A DNA stretch of 64,000 bases from Octopus sinensis (taxonomy: Eukaryota): the NCBI RefSeq assembly GCF_006345805.1, contig NC_043021.1, positions 25,792,001 to 25,856,000 of the forward strand. Direction: 5' to 3'. Numbering within the stretch: position 1 is the first letter of the stretch; every line of letters starts with the position of its first letter. The translations under genes were made by a program, and so were the position numbers. Below the pieces are notes generated by a model. That model did no database searches and had not been told where the DNA came from. It worked only from the letters and a program-made list of their open reading frames with translations. Positions 13,931 through 27,632 of the stretch are shown in pieces.

Positions 13931-16900
13931 ATTGATTCCATTAACTCTAAATGGTTGGCATCCATTCAAGTATTAAGATAGCTATTAACTAAGATGTATA
14001 AAGGAATTATTTCTTTGTGATTCTTTCTTTGTAATGGTAATTCTGTTAAATCTATTTTACATATTTGATGATGTTTCATTTCTATTTATATAATTTATAT
14101 TGCATTGTTATTATTGTTGTTGTTGGCTAGCATCAGGTCAGTCCTTGCCCAGTAGGCCTAGGGTTAAAAGTATTCCATTGTTGCCCAATCATTTCATTTC
14201 ATCTATAATGTGATGAGGTTAACATTATTCAACATGTCTTATCCTCTTTCAAGACCTTAGAGTGTGTTACGAGAGGGAATAGTCTTCTATTTCTAGTAGG
14301 AAGAGTGATGACTGAGACATTTCCTTGTATGTCTGATGGTGGTGGTGATGGTGGTAATGGTAACAGCAGAAGTGGTGGCGGTGGTGGCAGTGGCAGTGAC
14401 GGCAGCTGTTGTTGTTGTTGTTTCTCTGAGAACAGTAACGGTGTGTGTAATTAGCTAATTACTACCAGGAAGGAATTATATTGTCCCTCACACCCACTTC
14501 AATATAAACCCTACTATTTATTGCTTACTTACCATCTGTTTCTTGTTCCAAAATGAAGGAAAACTGAAGGGTAAAACAGAAAATAATAAATCAAGATTTA
14601 TTTTTTATATATCTTTAGATTGTTTCAGCTTCAAAACTGCAGTCAGACCATTATATTGATATTGTTAAAAAAACTTCATGTATGCATGAAAAATAATCTC
14701 AATGGATGTCTGAGCTTAAAGGGGTCACACAAATCAGTCAATGATTTATTGAATAAAGCCATACATTCATAGGCACAGCCGTAGCTGTGTGGTTAAGTTT
14801 GCTTCCCAACCATGTGGTTTGGGGTTCAGTTCTACTGTGCAGCACCTTGGGCAGGTGTCTTCTACTATAGCCCTGGGATGACAAAAATCTTTGTGAATGG
14901 ATTTGAAAGATGGAAACTAAAAGAAGCCTCCTGTCATGGTGGTGGTGGTGGCGTCGGCGGTGGCTGTTGTTGTTGTTGTTGTGCACATGCATGCATTTGC
15001 ACCCTTGCCTTGACCATGTGTGGTGATTGTAAACAAGCACCATCGTTGTACAAGTGATGTTCTTTGTATCCAGCCTGGCCATGGGAGGAAAATATTACCT
15101 TGCTTGGAAAGAGATGAGGGTTGAAGACAGAAAAGGCATTCAGTCATAGAAAATCTGCCTCAACAAATTCCCTCTGACTCTTGCAAACATGGAAAAATAA
15201 ATGATAAAATGGGGGCCGGGGTGGCAGCAGATTTTTCAGGGATGATACATAATCAATTGAATTGACTCTAGCACATGTCCAGTATGAAATTAAAAATTGA
15301 TTCCAGACTAGTTAGATCTCAGAATGTCCAGGGATAAAACAACTTCCTCTCATTACCCTGTTTTCTCCAAGCTCCAGATGAAACACCCATTAATTTTAAA
15401 ATGCTTTCACTACCTACAGATGTGAACTAAATCGCCACCTGATGAGTATTTCCAGTTATATGAACTGTGTGAGATTATGTACCTTCACCATGACTCTACA
15501 GCACAACAACAGGGAGGAAATATCAATCACTAATTGTTTCATCAGATAGGTTTACCTCCTACTGATTTTGTCACCTGCCATACCACACCAAGATTATTAA
15601 TTCTCTTAGGGAAGCCATAAGCATCAGATCACATCATTTCATTTCTCTCTTTCCCACCAAATACCTCTCACCTTGTGCATCTCAATATATCAATATACCA
15701 AGTGTTTGATTCAGCAAAGCAGTTATGTAACGCACATAGTCTTATCTCCTCCACCTCCAAGGAATCTATGACCTTATGTTACAAAAATCAATATCAAAAT
15801 GTCATGATTACCAATTAAACACTTTCCACTTCACTTCCATCATTATCAACATTGAGTAAGGCATGAACATTATTCAATCTTCTTTCCCCTTCTCTTATAA
15901 GCCTGAAACGTTTTTTCTAAATGGGATCAATACATAACTTATTCTTTTTTTCTTCAAATTTCTCATTTTTATATGCTATAAACACCTGTTTTTGTGAGTA
16001 CCTCTGTTCTCTACCTTTCCCTTGAGCAATGTAGATCTAATGTAAGACTTTCAGTGACTTGTGCTATGGCAATCCTCTTGTATGAAAAACTATGTTCTCA
16101 ACTTTACAGAATCTAGTTGATTCTGTTCTATTCTGGTAACTGCATAATGGTAATAATTTTCATAAATTATGAATGCTTAAGTGAATGGTTATACATAGAA
16201 TATGTAATATTTTTAGAGTCACCATTTACTTTGTAACCCATGAATATTTCCTTTTTTTTTACTTCTTACTTACACTAAACTTTGCAAACAAGCATTTCCA
16301 TCTTGTCATATACAAAAATATGTTAATGAAATGCTAGTCTTTATTACTTAATTAATGCTATGAGCTACAGCTGTTATTAACCTTCAGTATTTCATTTAGT
16401 GCTAACATGCAATTCCTTACCCTGAATGCTTAATATTCAGACTTTTGAGAAATGCATACCCAAATGGTTAGGTAACTGGATTCTTCAATTATCAGGCCAC
16501 AGGTTTCATTCCCAGTCCAGGAGGCAGGTTATGTCTTAAGGCAAAATTTTTCATTTCATGGTGCTCCAATCCACACAGCTATGAGAAATAAGAGTTAAGA
16601 CCAACAAAGTTCCTGATCAACATAAAGTCAGCATGGCAGCATCAATGAGTTGGTGATACATTGTTCCAAAATCTTCAGTTATTTGTCCAACAGTGGACAA
16701 CCATTTGCTGAGTTATTTTATTTTCTAATTCAAGCTTCTAAACCTTTCAGTTCTTTACAACTATCCTTTAATTTTAGATATAAATAATTTGTTTCAGTTT
16801 ATCTTCTTCGATTTCATTTAACTTCTCACACTCAACATTTTTAACTAAAATCTAATTTAGTTCAACCCAGCACTGTCCAAAAGATCATTTTTTCTTTGCT

Positions 16901-17024
16901 TCTTGTTCTTATTTGTCTTCCACATTTGCAGTAAGTTTGTGCATCTCTCCACACACTAATACCACCTTTTAACTTATTTGAAATATTATAAATTCAATTT
17001 TAAAAATTTAACCACATAAATTTT

Positions 17025-17500
17025 TTGCCCGCTCGTGGCCGTTTGCCAGCTCTGTCTGGCAACCGTGTCGGTGGCACGTAAAAGCACCATCCGTTCGCGT
17101 CCGTTGCCAGCCTCGGCTGGGCCCCGTGCCGGTGACACGTAAAAGCACTGTCCGTTCGTGGCCGGTTGCCAGCTCTGTCTGGACCCGTGTCGGTGGCACG
17201 TAAAAGCACCAACTGTTCGTGTCCGTTGCCAGCATCGCCTGGCCCCGTGCCGGTGACATGTAAAAGCACCATCCGTTCGTGGCCGTTCGCCAGCTCTGTC
17301 TGGCACCTGTGCAGGTGGCACGTAAAAAACACCCACTACACTCGCGGAGTGGTTGGCGTTAGGAAGGGCATCCAGCCGTAGAAACACTACCAGATCTGAC
17401 TGGGCCTGACGAAGCCTTCCAGCTTCACAGACCCCAGTTGACCCGTCCAACCCATGCTAGCATGGAAAGCGGACGCTAAACGATGATGATGATGATGATG
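17025..17500 (+). mobile_element. Young RTE-tail-like retroposon, family A, with internal ~60-bp tandem array and (GAT)n tail
   Basis: Five units containing GGTGGCACGTAAAAGCACC, then GGTTGGCGTTAGGAAGGGCATCCAGCCGTA...GCATGGAAAGCGGACGCTAAAC(GAT)n. CpG-rich. Confidence 0.85.
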
Positions 17501-18602
17501 AAATCTGACCAAAAGTGCTTTATTACGTATGTACTCCCGTGTGACCCCTTTTGACTAGATAACTATAAAAATATATTTGATTTTGTTCTACACAGGTCCA
17601 TACATGATTCATATTTACATCTCTTTCTCTCCCTCCTTAACAATGCCAACACTAATATTTAAATACTGAATTCACTTATTCCACTTCTTTCCTCAATAAT
17701 TAACTACCGTACACCTTGAGAACCAGGCAAGGTTGTGTGCTTAAGAAGCTTACTTCCCAACTGTGTGACCTTGAGTTCAATCCCACACCACAGTGATGCA
17801 CCTTTAACAAGTTTCTTCTACTATAGATCAATTAAAGCTTTGGGAGTGGATATGGTAGATGGAATCTGAAAGAAATCCGGTGTGTGTGTGTGTGTGTGTG
17901 TGCGTGTACCTATATATATTATGTGTGTGTGTGTGTATGTATATATAGATTATATAGATATAGCTGTATATATATATATATATGTGTGTATGTATATATA
18001 GATATAGTTTTATGTGTGTGAGGGTGTATAGATAAATAGGCACTGCCCAGATCAGCAGTTGAACCCACAACCTTATGATCTTGAGCTGTACACCCTAACC
18101 ACTAAGCCACATGCCCCCCTCTCTCTCTCTCTTTCTCTCTTATGCACACTCAACATATAAGTATGGCTGGGTAGTTAAAAAAAATCACTCCCCAACCTTA
18201 TGGTTTTAGGTTCAGTCTCAGTGTGTGGGCCATGAGCAGAAGCTAAAAGAAGCCTGTCATATATATATATGCATGTGTGTGTGTGAAGGTGCATGTATTT
18301 GGCTTATGATCCTAAGGCCATGAGTTCAATTCCCGGCAGTGCGTTGTGTCCTTGAGCAAGACACTTTATTTCACTTTATTGCTCCAGTCCACTCAGCTGG
18401 CAAAAATGAGTCGTACCTGTAATTCACAAGGGGCCAGCCTTGTCACATTCCACATACCTGAAACAAGGCCCAGTGCAAGCTAAATCACTATCTATGACTA
18501 TATGCAAAATGATGTAAGAACCACTTGCTGGTAAGGACCAATATTTTGTACCACGGAAAAAATTGAAATATGAATTAGGGGCAGATTAAGGGATATAAAC
18601 AA

Positions 18603-18997
18603 CTAGCAGTATCGCCCGGCGTTGCTCGGGTTTGTAAGGGAAATAACTATATGAGCATTTTTAGAGATGTAAAGTATAATAGCCATCTCAATATGGTTAA
18701 CCACAAAGGGGGGGGACGTTACTGTAGCTTTTTACGTTCTGAGATTTAATAAATTTTTAGAGAGTTACTTCCCTTATATATGCCAAAAATGGATTAAAAA
18801 TGGGAAAAATTGATGGTAAATTTTTTTTTAAATCGTAGACTCATTGTAGACGCGCGCTAATACCCAGAAGGGCTCGATATGAATCACGACTATAAGATAC
18901 CCGGTTTTGGTTAAGCTGCACCGCAAAATGTGGGAGTAGTTAGGAATCTAAATCGTAGGAGACAGACAGCACACAACCTTACTTTTATATATAAAGA
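18603..18997 (-). mobile_element. Complete non-autonomous Helitron
   Basis: On the - strand: A|TCTTTATATATAAAAG at the 5' end, subterminal hairpin CCCGAGCAACGCCGGG, and CTAG|T at the 3' end. Inserted between A and T with no TSD. Confidence 0.9.
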
Positions 18998-19557
18998 TAT
19001 CGAATGCACATACACATATTTATGTATTTCTTTGCAGGATTCTTGAGGTGAGCACAGGTGGTTGTGTTAAAACAGCTATTGTTATACATGGGGACGGTCA
19101 TTTTTTTGATTTTTTGCCTATAGTGTGTGTGTTTAATTGGCAAAAAAAAAAAGAGAGAGTCATTCCCATTTAGAGCCTGATGAGAGATTTGCAAGACTAA
19201 GGCATTTGTGGATGCAAAACCATTGGTCACTCTATGACCAGACATAAACTTGATTACTTTTAATACATTACTGGTCAATTCTTGAGAGTGTGCTTCTTTT
19301 TCAGATATATGATACGTTGACAATATATATATATATATATGATAATGATGATGATGTATATGTGTGTGTTTGTTTGTTTCTGTTTCCTTGTCTTGACATA
19401 GCATAACAGTTATAAACAAGCATCAACATCATAAAAGTGTAATTCATTTCAAACCTTTTGTGAGAACATGTCTGACCATAAATGACTGCATAGATCCATC
19501 TGACCCATGCAGGCATGGGAAAGTGGATGCTAAAATGACACACACGCATGCACATAC

Positions 19558-19621
<64 letters not shown>

Positions 19622-19751
19622 TATATATATATATATATACATACATACATACATACATACATATACACACACATATATATATATATTGATAAAAACAGTA
19701 AGATATCAAAAGAAAGAAAGAGACCTCAATATTATGTAAATAGAGGAAATT

Positions 19752-19897
19752 TATCTGTAAAATAATATGTGACAATTATTCAATAGCGTTTTTTTCAGAT
19801 GGCCAGATAACCGAAGAGATGGTGTTGTGGATTTCCACCTCGGCATCCAAGTTTTATCTTGGCTATTGAATAATTGTCACATATTATTTTACAGATA
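19752..19897. repeat. 36-bp perfect inverted repeat in a (TA)n-associated module
   Basis: TATCTGTAAAATAATATGTGACAATTATTCAATAGC (19752-19787) and its exact reverse complement (19862-19897). Confidence 0.92.
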
Positions 19898-20773
19898 CAT
19901 ACATACATTCATACATACATATATATACACACACACAGGTGTGTGTATCTCTCTATGTGTTTATGTATGTATGTATAAATGTCTACACATACCTACATAC
20001 ATTTTCTCACCGTCTATATATCATCACATTTCAGGTCTTCTGTACTTCTCCAGTAACTATTGACATTTCTATAAACATGACTGTCATACTCTTCCTACAA
20101 AATCATTGCTCAAGGTTGTTAGGTATGCTTAACAGATATATTTATTTCTTACAGAGGTACACACATTTCATGGAATGTCTATAAATAACAATTGTAGTGC
20201 TTTTGTATTATTTCTCTATCACTCTGACATTATCATAATATTATTGTGAAGCAAACTTTCATCTGAGCAATGTTTTAAATTAGACAACCATATTTTAAGT
20301 AATGAATCTATCTCTTACGTCAGTATTCTCAAATAGAATGTACTCTAATAATTAGGAGCTATTATTAAAAATACTTAAATAACTTGAGTTAGACTTCTTA
20401 CGATATTATAGTTTTTACAGCTTAATGTGTTTGTTTGTTTTTTAATTATGGGCATTTTCTCTCTAGTATGAGACTTCCTATTAATTCTAGTTACATTTAT
20501 TTTTTTAACTTTTTGTTCTTTTTTGCATGAGGCCCTTAAATTATATATTTATTATTTAATGTCTTACGAATTTAGTCTCCGATTAGAAACTAATAAACTA
20601 ACATCTGCTGGTTTTAAAACATGTTTATACAAGTGTTGCCTATTTTGTATATTCATAAAATATCTAACACTTCATCAAATATATTGAGTCCTTTTTTATA
20701 TAAATGGCTTTGCTAATCTCAGGATCATTATAATCATATTATGTACATATATTATAACATATACACACAACAC

Positions 20774-20807
<34 letters not shown>

Positions 20808-20812
20808 CACGC

Positions 20813-20852
<40 letters not shown>

Positions 20853-20879
20853 TATCCTAATACAGGTTTAGCTGATTTA

Positions 20880-21110
20880 AGATGCAGATTGGTTTTGCAC
20901 CAAAGAAGCAGTACCACATATGTCACAATCCCAATGAGACAACTATAGGAGAAATCCTTAAAGTAAGACAATATACTTAACACTTGTTGACCTGGAAAAG
21001 GCTTTTGATTGTAGTCCATGCAATATAATCTGGTGGTTGATAATAATGAAGCCAGAGCTCATTGAATGATTTGTGAGGGCTTTACAAGTCATGTACACAG
21101 GCACAGTGAG
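20880..21110 (+). mobile_element. RTE-type LINE reverse transcriptase fragment
   Basis: Broken frames GFAP..ST..RQL*EK..VDLEKAFD, matching an RT motif. Confidence 0.65.
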
Positions 21111-22099
21111 TGCTTTGAAGTCATAGTTACCAGGGCAAGAATGGGTGGGAAAAATTCAAGAAGTTGATGAGATGTGATGTGTGCAACTGTTCTACTTAAA
21201 ATAATTGAGTGATGCATTTTCCGACAGTTTCTTGACAACCAGTCAGTCCTCAATGACTTTTTATATTTTTACAAATATTTTTGCTCATTTATTGTCATAC
21301 TGTTTCCTTTCTTCAAATATTTAAATAATCAGCAACATCCAAAATACTGAAACATATGTAGGAACAAATGATATAAATTTAACTTGTGTTTTTGTAATTT
21401 CTACTAGATATGGTTTATATATCATAACTACTAATATTAATTAGTACATTAGTAACTTAACCACTACACAGAAGTAAACTCGATGATGATAATCTATGTG
21501 GAGCTCTAAATATAACAGTAGCAGACATGATGCTGTGTTTTCATCTAAGAGTAAATCTCTTCATACACATGCTGTGTTAAAAACACAATATATATATCAG
21601 AGCAAGAAGAAAATCATTCTGGTCGTGATTCATGAGAATGCCAGCTGTATTTCAGCCTTCTTGGGCCTTGTCTGTGATGTGTACTCACTTCTCACATGAC
21701 TAGATGGAATCTATCTTCCTCTGATATATAGGAAACAGGGGATATTACATTCACTGGCATTGTGAATAACTGCTGGACTGAATAAAAACTTGGTGTAAGC
21801 AATTGAAACAGCATTAAACTGAAGTAGCCATTTTGTTGAGGAGACTGAAATGCATCTGGCATTCTCAGGAATCCCTTGATGATGTGTTTGTGTCTTGCAT
21901 TAATATATAGAGTGTTTTAAATGCAGCATGTCCACTGAAACATTTCCTCTTAGACAAAGTAAAAGAAAACATTGTCAGGCCTCTCAACAGTGTATACGCA
22001 TTAAGTAATGTGGTTGTACAAATATTTGTGTATACATGTGTATATATGCACATACACCTCACATATAGTAAATTCGTGGTCAAAGGTCCAAATCCCCTT

Positions 22100-22332
22100 A
22101 GGCGGTGAGCTGGCAGAAACGTTAGCATGCCGGGTGAAATGTGTAGCCGTAATTCGTCTGCCGTTACGTTCTGAGTCCAAATTCCGCTGAGGTCGACTTT
22201 GCCTTTCATCCTTTCGGGGTCGATAAATTAAGTACCAGTTACACACTGGGGTCGATGTAATTGACTTAATCCGTTTGTCTGTCTTTGTTTGTGCCCTCTG
22301 TGTTTAGCCCCTTGTGGGTAATAAAAAAAAAA
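22100..22332 (+). mobile_element. Full-length tRNA-derived SINE, family C, with TSD
   Basis: Head GGCGGTGAGCTGGCAGAAACGTTAGC, core GTCGACTTTGCCTTTCATCC, A-rich tail. 18-bp TSD AAAGGTCCAAAT(C/T)CCCTT at 22082-22099 and 22330-22347. Confidence 0.9.
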
Positions 22333-22370
22333 GGTCCAAATTCCCTTGGGGGTCTTGGTCTATATATGGT

Positions 22371-22810
22371 CAGGCATGGCTGTGTGGTAGGAAGCTTGCT
22401 TCCCGACCACATGGCTTTGGGTCCACAGAGTGGCACCTTGGGCAAGTGTTTTCTACAATAGCTCTGGGTTGACCAAAGACTCTTGGGTTGATTTGGTCAG
22501 TGGAAACTTAAAGATGCTAGCTCTATATGTGTGCGTGTATATACATGCATGCGTGTGCTTGAATATGTGTATGTATATGTGTGCGCATGTATCTATGCAA
22601 GTGTGTTGTTGTGTTTGTGTTTGTCCTCCACCACCACCACCTGTCAACTGGTTTTGGGTTGTTTATGTCCTCTTAACTGTGTGGTGTGGCAAAATATACT
22701 GATAGATTAAGTACCAGACTAGAAAAATGAGTTCTGGGGTCAATTTGTTCAGCTAAACTCTTCAATGCGGTGCCCCAGTATGGCCACAGTCCAATGTAAA
22801 AGATAGAAGA
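22371..22810 (+). mobile_element. SINE family B copy
   Basis: GGCATGGCTGTGTGGTAG head, TG-rich centre, GCCCCAGTATGGCCACAGTC tail. Confidence 0.8.
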
Positions 22811-23989
22811 TAGAAGATGTAGAGGAATGCATATGTTTGTATGTCTGTGACACCATGTTTGTGTTTATGTCTACACAGGTGTTGTTGTTTATGTTGTCTG
22901 TTTGTATCCTGTAACTTAGCAGTTCAAAAAATATCAACTGATGAAATATACACCAGATTGAAGAAAATGACAGGGAACATTATAATTGACAAAAGTCCTT
23001 GAAGATACGCCCCAGCATGGTCGCAGCCCAATAACTAAAACCAGTGAAAATATAAGAGTAAAGGAGTAAATGTATTGTAGTAGTTGTAGTGGTGCCAGTA
23101 GCAGTACTACTACTACTACTACTACTACTACTAGTATATTTGGGATACAGCTCTTGATTGAAACATGTCTAGTTATTAAAATAGTTCAACCGCTTCCCGG
23201 CTCTGTTTAAAACCACACACACACATCATTGCATTCACTTTATCATAGAGAGATATACATCTACTGCGAAATAATATAGTCGAAGAGATGAAATTCCCTC
23301 GTTTCTGACAAAAGGTGAATCGAATTTCCACTTAGCTGAAAAACCTGAACATCATCTTCCTCTCTGACCTCCCCCCCCCACATCCCTCATCAGCCAATTC
23401 CATTTCTATACTTGGCAGCTGTGCTATGAAGGAATAACCATTACCAAGTTGATAATATGGCAGCCAGATGCAGGATTTCCCTGTCTGCTGTTACACAACA
23501 CAGCAATTCTATTAATGCAGTGATGGGGGCTTCCCCCACCAATGACATATATATACTCTCTCTCTCCCTCTCCCTCTCTCTTTCTCTCTCTCCCTCTCTC
23601 TCTCTCTCCAGCACACTGGCTTATTGATTTTAACACTGCTTTCAGATTCAGTTACCAGTTACAGTAATGTCTCTCCATACATTTAAGTAGGCAAGACAAG
23701 GTGGAAAATAAAAAAAACAGAAAGCAAGACTCACTCAGGTCTCTCTAGTAGTGCTCTGATGTTCAGCAGCATAACCAAAACATTGCATTATTTTTATGGT
23801 TCAGTGCCAAATATAACCTGTCTTTGTAAATAATATTCATTATTTGCTTGACACTAAACCCTTTTTATTTATTGATATTTATTGATTAACACTTTTGTTT
23901 ATTACATTCACTTTAGTTTAAACCCTTCGTCTCATTTTAGTTATTTTCGTTATATATTAAAATAACAACAACAACAATAATAATGTTGA

Positions 23990-24360
23990 TTGTTAATAAA
24001 GAAGTAATTATGAGCTTATTGTATATAATGCTCAGGTGTGTTACAACTCATCAGAAAAGGGTAAAAGGGGGGGGGACAGAAAACCACAATAAGTCAAATA
24101 AAGCAAGGCAAGAATGATAGTCAAAAGTATACAAGATAAAGTATAAGGAGACAGAAAAGTGAACCGTAAAAGAGCCACAAGGAGGGCAGAGTGCTTAGGT
24201 ACGTCAAGGGTGGTGTTGCTAATTTTTTAGAAAAATGTGGAATTTCTTCTGACTGATCAGTGTCCTGGCAGCTAATTGATGTGCGTAGTTTTATTTCCTC
24301 CTTTGACAATTCTGAACATGACAAAATATCTCCAAAAGTCATGGAAGCCGAGCTGTTTTT
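23990..24360 (-). mobile_element. Short 5'-truncated CR1-like LINE 3' end
   Basis: Shares motifs with the 50575 and 62650 copies (gctcaggtg..acaactcatc; cagtgtc.tggcag; aaagtcat.g.agc.g.gctgtttt). Confidence 0.6.
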
Positions 24361-24363
24361 ATT

Positions 24364-24397
<34 letters not shown>

Positions 24398-25275
24398 GTA
24401 TTATTATTATTATCATTATTATTATTATTATTATTATTACTATTTTGTATTTGTGTCCATGGTTAGTAGAGATATTGAATTAAAATAGTTTGTTGGAAAG
24501 ATGGTGAATAATTTGTGGGCTTTTACCAGGCTAACTACTAGACATCAAAGATTTAATTACCTCTCTTTCTAATTATTTAATTATTTATCTGTTAAGTTAG
24601 CTAATCAATTATTTCTGAAGTGAAAAAAAAAGCTGACATTGAGATACACTAGTGTGTTATAAAGAGAAGAAAAATGTAATATTTTGGCAATGAAAATTGA
24701 TTTCTTTATAAAATGCCATATTCATTCTTCATTCACTCAACAACTTCCGATGCAGACCATGAAATTTCCTCTTTGAATTTCAATCATTATATTTGGCTAT
24801 ACATGTATAGCCAAAATAGTTTATACATCAACTTATATCGTAAGCTATCTGATTATTTCCCTATCTACACACATTTCTATATATTGAACCATGTATGACC
24901 ATCTTTTTGTATAGCAAGATAATTAACTACCCTGTTACACAAACACCAAACTATCTTACTTTCTTTCTGTATACTAAGCTGTCTACTTATATAATATATA
25001 TGTATATATATCATCATCATCTCCATCATTATTTAACATCCATCTTCCATTCATGCATGGGTAGGACAGTTAACAGGAGCCAGCCAGGTAGAAAACTACC
25101 CTAGGCCACTGTGTCTATTTTGGCAGGGTTTTTTTTACAGCTGGATCCTCTTCCTAACACCAACCACTCTCCAGGGTGGACTCAGTGCTTCTTATGTGGC
25201 ACTAGCACATGTGAGGTTAGTTTTGGCAAGATATTTACAACTGGATGCCCTTCCAAATGCCAACCACTTTACAGT

Positions 25276-25401
25276 GAAAAAAATGTACTGGGGTCGATTT
25301 GTTTGGCTAAATCCTTCAAGATAGTGACCCAGCATGGCTGCAGTTCAGTGACTGAACTAAGTAAAAGATAGAAAGGCATTGATAAATAACTATAAATTAT
25401 T
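25276..25401. repeat. 126-bp exact inverted duplicate of 27773-27898
   Basis: Base-by-base reverse complement. Includes a SINE-B tail and about 30 bp of non-SINE flank. Confidence 0.92.
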
Positions 25402-25589
25402 TAGGCACAGGGCCTGAAAACGGTCTTCCTTCATCGAAAACCGGTGATTGCCGTACGCCGAAGACAGGCAAATACCTAGAAACTGCAGTCCGTGCGTATC
25501 ACTTAGGTTGACGAGAGAGGGATGACTTCCCTTTGCAAATATCATAAGGGCACAGAAAGTGTGCCTAAAGCCAGCTGGGGACGATGATC

Positions 25590-25661
25590 TCCTGGGGCTA
25601 AAAGCTACAATAACACCCACCCTTAGTGGTTAGCCATATTGAGATGGCTAGTATACTTTAC
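25590..25661 (+). mobile_element. Fragment related to the interior of the Helitron at 18603
   Basis: AAAAGCTACAATAAC..GTGGTTAGCCATATTGAGATGGCTAGTATACTTTAC closely matches the reverse complement of about 18669-18733. Confidence 0.6.
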
Positions 25662-26129
25662 GTTGTCGAGCAGTTACTGTTTACATCTCGTTCAGAGATT
25701 TATTATTGCTATATATAAATGTGTTTGTGTATATATATATATATGTATTTCTTCCAGTCTATTTGCCAGATCAATTCTTGCTTTGTATAGCACATGATCA
25801 AGTTTCATGTGTCATTTGTTTGTGTAACATTTTGTTTTGTGAAGATAGTTTACTAATTCAGTAGCCAATCCTTTCCCAGGTGAAGGTCAGTTTTCCTATG
25901 TGAAAAGCCGGGTCAGTCATTTACAGTGCTGCCTCTGAATAAAACAATCAGCAACACCATAACCGTAGTGTCCACATAGAATTGGGTGGAGTTATTTGTT
26001 GATAGTTTGAGAACAATAACAAAAAAAAAAACAGCAATAATAGCCATATACATACTTGCATTCATACACACACACACGCACACACACACCTGTGTGTGTG
26101 TGTGTGCATATACCAAAAGAGACAACTTG

Positions 26130-26820
26130 AGCCTGGTGCAGCTCTTTTCCATTTGTTTGTTTTGGTTTGGTTTCTATCGCTGGATGCCCTTCCTAATGCC
26201 AATCACTCCACAGAATGTACTGGATGTTTTGTATGCGTCACCGGCTGATGTATATTTTACATACCACTGGCATGGGGGAATATTGCGTGTCACTGGCACG
26301 AGTGCTCTTTTTGTGTCACCAGCACAGTTACCTTTGATGTATCACAAGCACGGATGCCTGTTACATGTCACTGGGACAGGTGCCTTTTTACGTAGAATCA
26401 GCACAAGTGCCTCTCACATGTGACCAACATGGATACTTTCCATGTGCCACTGTCACTGGCCACAACTATGAATGATTTCACTTAGCTTGACATGTCTTTT
26501 CAAGCAGGGCAAATCGCCAAAAGGCTCAGTCACTTGTCATTGCCTCCACAAGACTCAACATCTGAAGATCATATTTCACTACCTCATCCCACATCTTCCT
26601 GAGTGACATGTAAAAGGTGCCCTTCCACACATTCTCACCGCAGTTAGAGATCAGCACTTCTTTACACAGTTGTTTTCATCTATATACATCATATGACCAT
26701 ACCAGCAGAGTCTTTGCTTTGCACACTCCATCCAATGCCTCTTATGCTAAATTTTTCTCTGAAGTCACTCACACTCTGCCATACATGTACACTGACATTG
26801 TACATCCAGGATATATACAT
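26130..26820 (-). mobile_element. RTE-like LINE 3' end with family-A tail
   Basis: GCTGGATGCCCTTCCTAATGCC tail motif, decayed tandem units, and sequence similar to the RTE fragment at 37860. Confidence 0.6.
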
Positions 26821-27461
26821 ATCATATCTATGTTAATAAAAGTAAAATTCTGTCTATCCGTCTGGAACATATTATACCTTTTTTGGAATCAGGATGATGG
26901 TGGGCTTGAAAATCTGCCTTTCATTTGGTTCTTGAACATCCAGCATTGGGATCTGGTTTAAAAGTATTTGGTTGCTATTTCTAGCCGGTAAAGCTTGGCT
27001 GATTCACACCATTTTGGTCGACATTTGTCAGATAATGTCAGAGATCAAGGGGGAGATAGAGGACATTCACTTCATTAATTTTACATCAAGATAAGAACTT
27101 TGGGACAAATTGGCCAACAGCTGGAATTTGGGTTGGGACTGGAAAAATAGAATGATAACATTTCGGAATTAATTCTCTTCCATCCTTAACCTTTTATCAA
27201 ACACCACTGGGGCATATAGCCATAGACATATAGTCATGCTATTTAGCTCTCTTTAATTTTGGGCTGCAGGCCCAATTACCCTCCACAGTGAGTAGGGAAA
27301 GGAAAAACACCAGCACCCCAGGCTAAAGAAGGTCTTCACCCATGTAAGGTGTTGTTATCTATGTGGTGGGGTTTAAAAGGTTTAGTCCACTTTGAAATTT
27401 TTAACCCAAACCAAACAATAACAAAGGAGATCTAGTGTGGGGAGCTTGAGTGGCTTAAGTC

Positions 27462-27632
27462 AGCACTAGAAGAAAAATGACCATCTTTGGTTTCAAGACC
27501 AAAGCTGTTCTTCCATCAGGATAATGCTTGACCACATACAGTGAGGATGACATTCCAAACACTGGAGTAGTTTTGATTGGGAAACAATTCTCCACCCACC
27601 ATATTCGCTGGACATTGCCCCATCTGGTTATC
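27462..27632 (+). mobile_element. Mariner transposase fragment (pseudogenised)
   Basis: FFHQDNA*PHT...WETILHPPYSLDIAPSGY, matching mariner HDNARPH and HPPYSPDLAPSDY motifs. Confidence 0.8.

Noticed and set aside
16986-17450. 154-aa and overlapping ORFs
   Set aside because: Translations of the GC-rich tandem units of the family-A retroposon.
23300-23780. Possible promoter or first exon (repeat-poor, CT tract, reverse GTGAGT near 23730)
   Set aside because: Nothing diagnostic without transcript data.
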